Shown here: one piece after another, positions 60,601 through 64,000 of the stretch
Layout of the letters: every line of letters starts with the position of its first letter
Position numbering within the stretch: position 1 is the stretch's first letter
Virus record (IMG/VR): IMGVR_UViG_3300020473_000016
Strand: one strand, 5' to 3'
From: a virus
DNA length: 64,000 nucleotides
Notes under the pieces: generated by a model
The model's database searches: none
The model's input: only the letters and a program-made list of their open reading frames with translations
Told to the model about the DNA's origin: nothing
Program-made: the position numbers and the translations under genes

Positions 60601-63600
60601 CATCAATGATTCTACCTAAGTCTCTTCTACACTTAGTTTCATAGTTTGTAGAAGCATGGTTAGAATCGTATACATTGATAGCATTGATTGCTTCAGTGAT
60701 AATGTTATTCTTGTTAGCAAGTATAAGGTTGCGTGCATCCTTGTTACGGCTAGCATTTAGAGAAGAATCATCTCTAAAGATTGTAACTGCATTATTCTCA
60801 GCAGATACAAATGTGTGAGGATATTCACCACCTTGAATTACAAGTGCTCTCTCAATACCATTTGTTTGAGCAGATACAAATGTATGTGCAGTAGTATTTG
60901 TGGATGGAACATTCTTAAGAACTTGTACATCAAATGTATTTGAAGTTACATTAGAGATCTTTAACCACTTACCTGAAGATGGATCTGTTGCACGAGGATA
61001 AGTATGGTTTGTAGCATTACTATCCTGAGCACAAGTGAATGTTAGAGAGTTGTTTGCAATCTTAATATGCTCACCCTCTACAAAACCATGACCATTAACG
61101 GTCAATGTCATCACACCAGTAGAAGGATTGTAAACAGCATTAGTTGCTGTAGTTGTATTGCTGGTGTTAACGAATGTATGAGTGTAGTTACCTCCAGCGA
61201 TGACTGCTCCTGTTGCAGCAGATACAAATGTATGTGCTGTAGTATTAGAAGAAGTACCAACGTTAAGTGTAATACTATCTGAAGTTACAGATGCAATACT
61301 AATTGCAGTATCGTATGCAGGATCTCCAGATCTAGGATAGGTATGGTTAGTAGCATTGCTATCCTGATCACATGTAAATGTTAATGAGTTGTTACCTAGT
61401 TTTATAGATGTGCCAGCTGTAAGTGTGTGAGCACCAATTGTAAGTACCAAGACACCAGAGGTGGGATTGTAGGTAGCTCCACTAACATTGTAGTTAACAA
61501 TAGGAGATTGGCCAACGTTAACTGTGACTGTACCAGTCTGTCTTTCGAGTCCATTTGATGTAGCAGATACGAATGCATGAGTAGATGTTTCTGAAGTAGC
61601 ACCAACATTAACTTTGAATGTATCAGCAGTAACAGCAGAAATTTGTAACCACTTGCCACTTACAGGGTCAGTTGCTCTAGGATAAGTATGCTGAGAAGCA
61701 TTACCATCTAAAGCACAAGTCATTGTCAATGAATTGTCAGCGATCTTAACCATATCGCCATTAGCAAATCCATGAGCAGTGACTGTAAGAATTAATTCTC
61801 CAGTAGAAGGAGTATATGCAGCACCACTTACTGTATGATTTGTTGATCCAACTGCGGTAACATCTAATGCAGTGTTATACTTAGGATCAGTTGTTCTAGG
61901 ATAGGTATGGTTTGTACCATTATTATCCATACCACATGTAAAGGTTAAAGCATCTTTTGCTAACCTGATACTTGTTCCTACGTTAATAGTATGACTAGGA
62001 AGAGTAAGAACTAAGTCACCTGTTACAGGATTGTATGTGGCATTATTAATATCATATCCATTTGCCTGTGTCTTACCAACGTTAACAGTAATTGTATTGG
62101 TTGTAGTAGAACTAATAGGTAGTTTCTCACCATATACAGGATCAGTAGCACGAGGATATTTGTGCTGTGTAGCGTTGTTATCTTGAGCACATGTGAATGT
62201 TAATGAATCTGCATTAATGCTAAGTGAATCACCTGCTTTCTCGATACCATTAGCAGTTGCAGATACAAAGTTATGTGGATAGTTACCACCAGTTGTAATG
62301 GCATTAGCATTAGCACCAGCCCAAACATGAGTGTATGTTCCACCAGTCTTAACAGAACTTGCAACAGCACTAACAAATGAGTGTGCAGTTGTGTTAGAAG
62401 ATACACCAATGAATAACTTTATAGTACCACTCTGCTTGATTAATCCATTAGTGGATGCAGAAACAAATGAGTGTGTGTACTGGTCATTAACACCAGAGAT
62501 ACCTACATTAACTTCAAATGTATTTGCAGTCTTATTAGCAACAGTTAACCACTCATCATATGATGGGTCTGTTGTACGTGGGTAACTATGGTTAGTTGCG
62601 TTACTATCTTTAGAACATGTAAATGTTAGAGATTCCTTAGCAAACTTAATCTTGTCACCGTTGTTTAATCCATGACCATTAAGAGTTAATACCATTACAC
62701 CACTAGCAGGTGTATAAGTTGCACCAGTTACAGTAGCAGTTGTAGTACCAACTTCCTCAATGTAGATAGAGTTGTCATAGAATGGGTCTTTCTTATATGA
62801 TAGACCATTAGCACTTGCACTTACAAATGTATGTGCAGTTACGTTAGTAGAAGGTTGTTGTGCTAGTACTTGTACTTGGAAAGTATTTGTTTGTACATTA
62901 AAGATCTTCAACCACTTACCACTTACAGGGTCGGATGCTCTTGGATATGTGTGGTTAGTATTGTTACTGTCTTGAGCACAAGTAAATGTTAATGAATCAT
63001 CTGCTAACTTGATTTGCTCACCATTATTAAATCCATGATTAGCAATAGTTAGTTCTAAGATACCAGTAGTAGGATTGTAGTCTGCATCAGTTACAGTTGC
63101 AGTCTCTACAGTAGTTCTAGGATAACTGTGGTTAGTTGCGTTACCATCCTGAGCACAGGTAAAGGTTACAGCACCATCAGCTAACTTGATACTATCATTA
63201 GGTTTAGTAATACTGTTGGCAGCAGCAGAAACAAAACTATGTGTAGTTGTGTTTGTAGAAGGTACTGCGGCTAATACTTGTACATCAAATGTATCTGTAG
63301 TTACACCACTAATCTCTAACCATGAACCACTTACAGGGTCAGTAGCACGAGGATATGAGTGGTTAGTACCATTACTATCTTGATCACAAGTAAAGGTTAA
63401 AGCACCATCATCAATTCTAACTTTCTCTCCATTCTGGAAACCATGTCCAGCAACAGTGATTGTAATAATACCTGTATTAGGATTATAGTTAGCAGCAGTT
63501 GGTGTATATCTATCAGCACCACGTAGATTATGCTGACCAATGGTTAGTTCCATCAAACCTGTTGTAGGTACAAAGGAAGCATTGGAAGGAGTATATTCTA

Positions 63601-64000
63601 CAAGAGGTGATGCTCCAACATTAACTGTTATACTATTTGAAGTAGTTCCTGTAATCTGTATTGCTTCACCAGATACAGGGTCAGTTAGTCTTGGATATGA
63701 ATGAACTGAAGAATAGTCATCCATTGAGCAGGTAAACTTCAATGAGTTATCTGCAATCTTAATGAATGTACCAGTCTGTAAAGTGTGACTACCTATTAGT
63801 AATTCTAGATCACCTGTGGTAGCATTGTAAGTACCTTGTTGAGGAGTGAAGTTAACAGTAGGAGATGCTCCAACGTTTACATCAACTGTATTCGTTGTTG
63901 CTCCTGTAATTGTTAACCATGCTCCACTAGCAGGGTCGGATGCTCTAGGATAAGTATGATTAGTATAATCTCCATCCATTCCACATGTGAATGTTAGAGA
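51674..64000 (-). CDS. Giant tail-fibre-like protein, C-terminal >4,100 aa (start beyond window end)
   Basis: The frame stays open from 64000 (SLTFTCG before the track Met); multiple repeat families. Confidence 0.8.
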   Translation of the reverse strand, partial: SLTFTCGMDGDYTNHTYPRASDPASGAWLTITGATTNTVDVNVGASPTVNFTPQQGTYNATTGDLELLIGSHTLQTGTFIKIADNSLKFTCSMDDYSSVHSYPRLTDPVSGEAIQITGTTSNSITVNVGASPLVEYTPSNASFVPTTGLMELTIGQHNLRGADRYTPTAANYNPNTGIITITVAGHGFQNGEKVRIDDGALTFTCDQDSNGTNHSYPRATDPVSGSWLEISGVTTDTFDVQVLAAVPSTNTTTHSFVSAAANSITKPNDSIKLADGAVTFTCAQDGNATNHSYPRTTVETATVTDADYNPTTGILELTIANHGFNNGEQIKLADDSLTFTCAQDSNNTNHTYPRASDPVSGKWLKIFNVQTNTFQVQVLAQQPSTNVTAHTFVSASANGLSYKKDPFYDNSIYIEEVGTTTATVTGATYTPASGVMVLTLNGHGLNNGDKIKFAKESLTFTCSKDSNATNHSYPRTTDPSYDEWLTVANKTANTFEVNVGISGVNDQYTHSFVSASTNGLIKQSGTIKLFIGVSSNTTAHSFVSAVASSVKTGGTYTHVWAGANANAITTGGNYPHNFVSATANGIEKAGDSLSINADSLTFTCAQDNNATQHKYPRATDPVYGEKLPISSTTTNTITVNVGKTQANGYDINNATYNPVTGDLVLTLPSHTINVGTSIRLAKDALTFTCGMDNNGTNHTYPRTTDPKYNTALDVTAVGSTNHTVSGAAYTPSTGELILTVTAHGFANGDMVKIADNSLTMTCALDGNASQHTYPRATDPVSGKWLQISAVTADTFKVNVGATSETSTHAFVSATSNGLERQTGTVTVNVGQSPIVNYNVSGATYNPTSGVLVLTIGAHTLTAGTSIKLGNNSLTFTCDQDSNATNHTYPRSGDPAYDTAISIASVTSDSITLNVGTSSNTTAHTFVSAATGAVIAGGNYTHTFVNTSNTTTATNAVYNPSTGVMTLTVNGHGFVEGEHIKIANNSLTFTCAQDSNATNHTYPRATDPSSGKWLKISNVTSNTFDVQVLKNVPSTNTTAHTFVSAQTNGIERALVIQGGEYPHTFVSAENNAVTIFRDDSSLNASRNKDARNLILANKNNIITEAINAINVYDSNHASTNYETKCRRDLGRIIDAIAQDLWFGGNEYTISYLKTYFSGNALLSNGVQGEVNQTVVGLNKIQDQINLAINNQLSQKDTSITTDTTGEPPIVSDANADVSVLLLANSKFIAKEAYEQMKVVHPSYTPAAGYTEQDCLDDVYDVVRDLAYNMKYGGNHKIYDIGNGFVTNNFNGVPLLMPQSERTEVAEVYKKVKAVVEDVIQNVTVTPTNWTPDATNQQVKDLTLINLFDAPTCASMVSATDTLMDIIIQGVGTDAAVGNLNSITRTEPTQPTTYTQGNCAEVLSTVDTLIGVFTDSLLAGNLNDLPSVSNGEWDCANVRNTIETLFDILVDSITAGNLNGLPTINKGDFTINNESSKCFRDVAYIVDAVVNDLRLGGNINSVQAGEAYFVNAQLDFVDGQASETIDAWNYVGNMCTAAMRNFDFLAFNCTTTAGSAIVDVNDSSGMVIGMSVVEYDESGVSPYEQGVLKSSGVTPIYTTIPEGTYVKRIVSNTQIELGVKGSKLVTGNTVNAILSSSSINLYFTYSEGAWADTLPDTKVIGPVTDADRDITRDSTTNSSNAECAATAAAINTLIGNITTIISSGLGSVTRQEQTVNTSLLASRATVFTIDTTGTGSSNAHNFETGTPVRLVPRPRFDTVTKKYVDVDKRVVRLPNGFETNRTYYVISPGRTTSPIDYSGGTYFDGSDQTKLMLATSRENAAAGIYIYASETTSVDPDVEIDIYQFVLDDSYDLHSYRTNLATTSAFSGNGGFETEIPNIVDKPSTSTDAQQVFFRPEEGSQLPLVSTSFANNPNVAVTNSSSPDFGRLNPNVSFYVRYQNDRVFTIHLSKADALNDVRITFDPGQTGIKFTTYANKRRSPMAFDPTFTDAVTTSGKWYIKVKDDVTGQPSSVFYDNIIWRIKQTDMSSTPRTTDMWYERLKDQREANERTYKLRYVIPKDIENARDPINGFVIKGRTDDTRKLIPQKIVLKPVTGSVYGARFKNPRQQNEYIGYTEADFASNSLSVPAKYDPYKKDLTNAGVEYRAFVKTTSGITATIQSGRYVEDPLDPNIKYLELNVFDHAVDVVNYPGLKNEIFTTVRIDAPQGGSFVANKTQNSSTNEISWTGYSSGLANIHAYYNVGSSHYLILKNIRGGKLEYSDFANTRFTQGNVFAEMVEDQDFGKSLPLKRLISKGYPEYYYRQNGANVYTITPGDRITDDAGIEYYVDSVNDVGIIEDTFYIFNVETLQKRIFGQQEGIYYLTCLRGNISPFPTGPGVVNNFKSFKFSQPVSKLYPLNYRNDPLWFQKSGTTAEEKNVFAGLVDPPQAYSAADNYTHGLVTVNDYKNSTTREGVEDLVRQSAFIENTYSVQAQSGNATSGSEDRRIPIAGTSTVMTDDKFYVEFRRPSIARAGNHTFEYLGFGPGNYSTGLPIRQEVVLTPTEDFYAQSKKQDGGIVFYTGLNSNGDLYIGNKKINAITGEETFLDAATLQDDGDKDDVVGGLVTTFDTAVTFNQNITVVGGNGSLVNTFESPVLISVQDNDLIQNRDVLIIRSNVSPTDPVTLLEQDEGLDRTSFTPATKGDIRISKNRVDAAVFGFNARGDGQNYMIQTHTTSAGAPTNMTPNQTSMVNAGGTRINSNQDISYGGVQPTSGDILLKGDEVGESGSLGWIYANYFSEIAGSNIFTITFDGSNVVKLTFEASGVQLSNSSLGITSASRIRFTNYPVSLINIPQGWPVYSPSGDAFDPANNYVHFQVTTAQAQAVISWTTIISQNASAKLYVSTSEFKELGVVGADAIRTLVRNTLASGAGSIGDYRVGINTVTRASHDSHATGFVDTYTNPRANLDVVGSAFISGTTTTDFLTEPEFASRTKAGRADAFLVGGDADNPLNQATLRVKTSNTVGTGQVGINATDTNLSTYGLYVNGTSNFTGNALFDLDVQIDGGDLTTASTTFNVVNTTATTVNIAGDATALTLGDTTTAAQTIDIGDSVTGQQTIKIGSASVDSNIFFGAIADTATNISKIEIGGAYGNNESLSYVKFGNRKVSYAGDATFGADKILGGDRTQPEQTVTLNTEAGIVSFFSGNTQTIDFGLNASEINIAGQGGSTTVRNNFEVDGETTLNGSVKLCGGTAAFSFIGNRAALGSTAFAHASGILGVGNYNKNVDIINVLELTQSQSGWNRLDTTGAGQWGGTTWQALRVGEGPGGTDLPALSGDQYYLPLEVDPGSYFAEGDYMILDAPLDVNAGTHPEIVRIIPGGLAGATSAPYIVTVQRQPLGTYTAIKTNHPDTLTTKTPIYKCNIAFDGTWTEQAIDASGVQENIYLASFGGTLQTQRDYVIIDREDTNGNGIFDQGEVFKLATPLTQNNKNFQVLDGCPGNVLFEVDTVTGNVIVGNDGVDGENGKLTVNGSLNFIGGCKTAWKETANGDGFIVGDIQANLTTITNVTNTQGLEVGDYVELSSNGGAVTLEQNQFVTTGGQTRQTDPQIVSIVGSTVTLNVAFGGAGTATGATLRASVNEKFSITDRVRDVFSIDACSGDTVLGNPSGTIYTVRSKWGTTAAAHAKGATVYTVLKDPKVDNGIATTFVDTVTPISTTATQLTVDNVTDFAINDFILVGYGSGGNEEFMQVSGTPVVTSGTAGYLPVTRVNNVANWPGAAKTHSDGETVWRVLTRETTVLEDAIPSTGTSVVAVNVKNSDVVPFFLDRFYALLIGDEIFEVTNTATTDGGIQMVKKNFHHGRLTVYDDVKFIGSSFDIMGTDNNVPILTIQNNDEHHFEAGKLVVNAATDISGFLRVFPSKCVEDPDAIQFTNKTFNPTFRVEPEYGDTYVGRLLDVAGIPATTASSTQQILTVRQLGDGGTKGYTINQDCSIDAFGYTGWKNKNGGHKSTFVNSNANITSNVNYIVAVAPSTGALVLTLPSTPETGDIIRFTEVGGSLTYNNSLVVRAPIVNGEPVAIQGDTEGTKLGGLSTPYGSGELVIQNKNASFGLIFVGSSDGNNFIPAAYQGWWLTEL
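60780..64000 (-). repeat. Eleven nested copies of a ~100-aa protein domain
   Basis: 11 copies of TC-x2-D-x5-H-x-YPR; 9 opening (Y.P.TG...LT...H-like) and 11 closing (H.FV-like) segments. Confidence 0.85.

Noticed and set aside
60780-64000. Fibre repeats as a DGR template/variable-repeat pair
   Set aside because: Copies diverge at all bases including synonymous sites; no reverse transcriptase in the window.
1-64000. tRNA/rRNA genes and photosynthesis AMGs (psbA, hli)
   Set aside because: No cloverleaf signatures or such proteins recognised by eye; tRNAscan-SE/ARAGORN would be decisive.

Overview
A 64-kb segment of a T4-like marine cyanomyovirus (Kyanoviridae-like; a Prochlorococcus/Synechococcus host is inferred, not shown). 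Almost all genes lie on the minus strand. In transcription order (right to left): a giant >4,100-aa tail-fibre-like protein (open past the window end), three tail-collar/fibre genes, a tail-fibre chaperone among three 2OG-Fe(II) oxygenases, an HNH gene with two tandem beta-class DNA methyltransferases, ~14 kb of small host-takeover-type ORFs (26.2-40.9 kb), then a PAAR-like gene, a SET-domain gene, gp25, gp6, gp7, gp8, a 2,707-aa virion protein and a second fibre gene truncated by the window start. Strongest unexplained signals: (1) 13 copies of a 22-bp imperfect palindrome (consensus GTGCCAGTT-N4-AACTGGCAC), each 29-31 bp upstream of a -10 hexamer and mostly lacking a canonical -35, four of them apparently giving leaderless mRNAs; (2) a recursively nested, tree-like repeat architecture in the giant fibre; (3) a ~400-nt structured non-coding region; (4) paired DnaA-box-like 9-mers beside A-tract repeats. 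Coordinates for ORFs under 60 aa and for motifs were read by hand. No database searches were run, so family calls rest on motifs I recognise.
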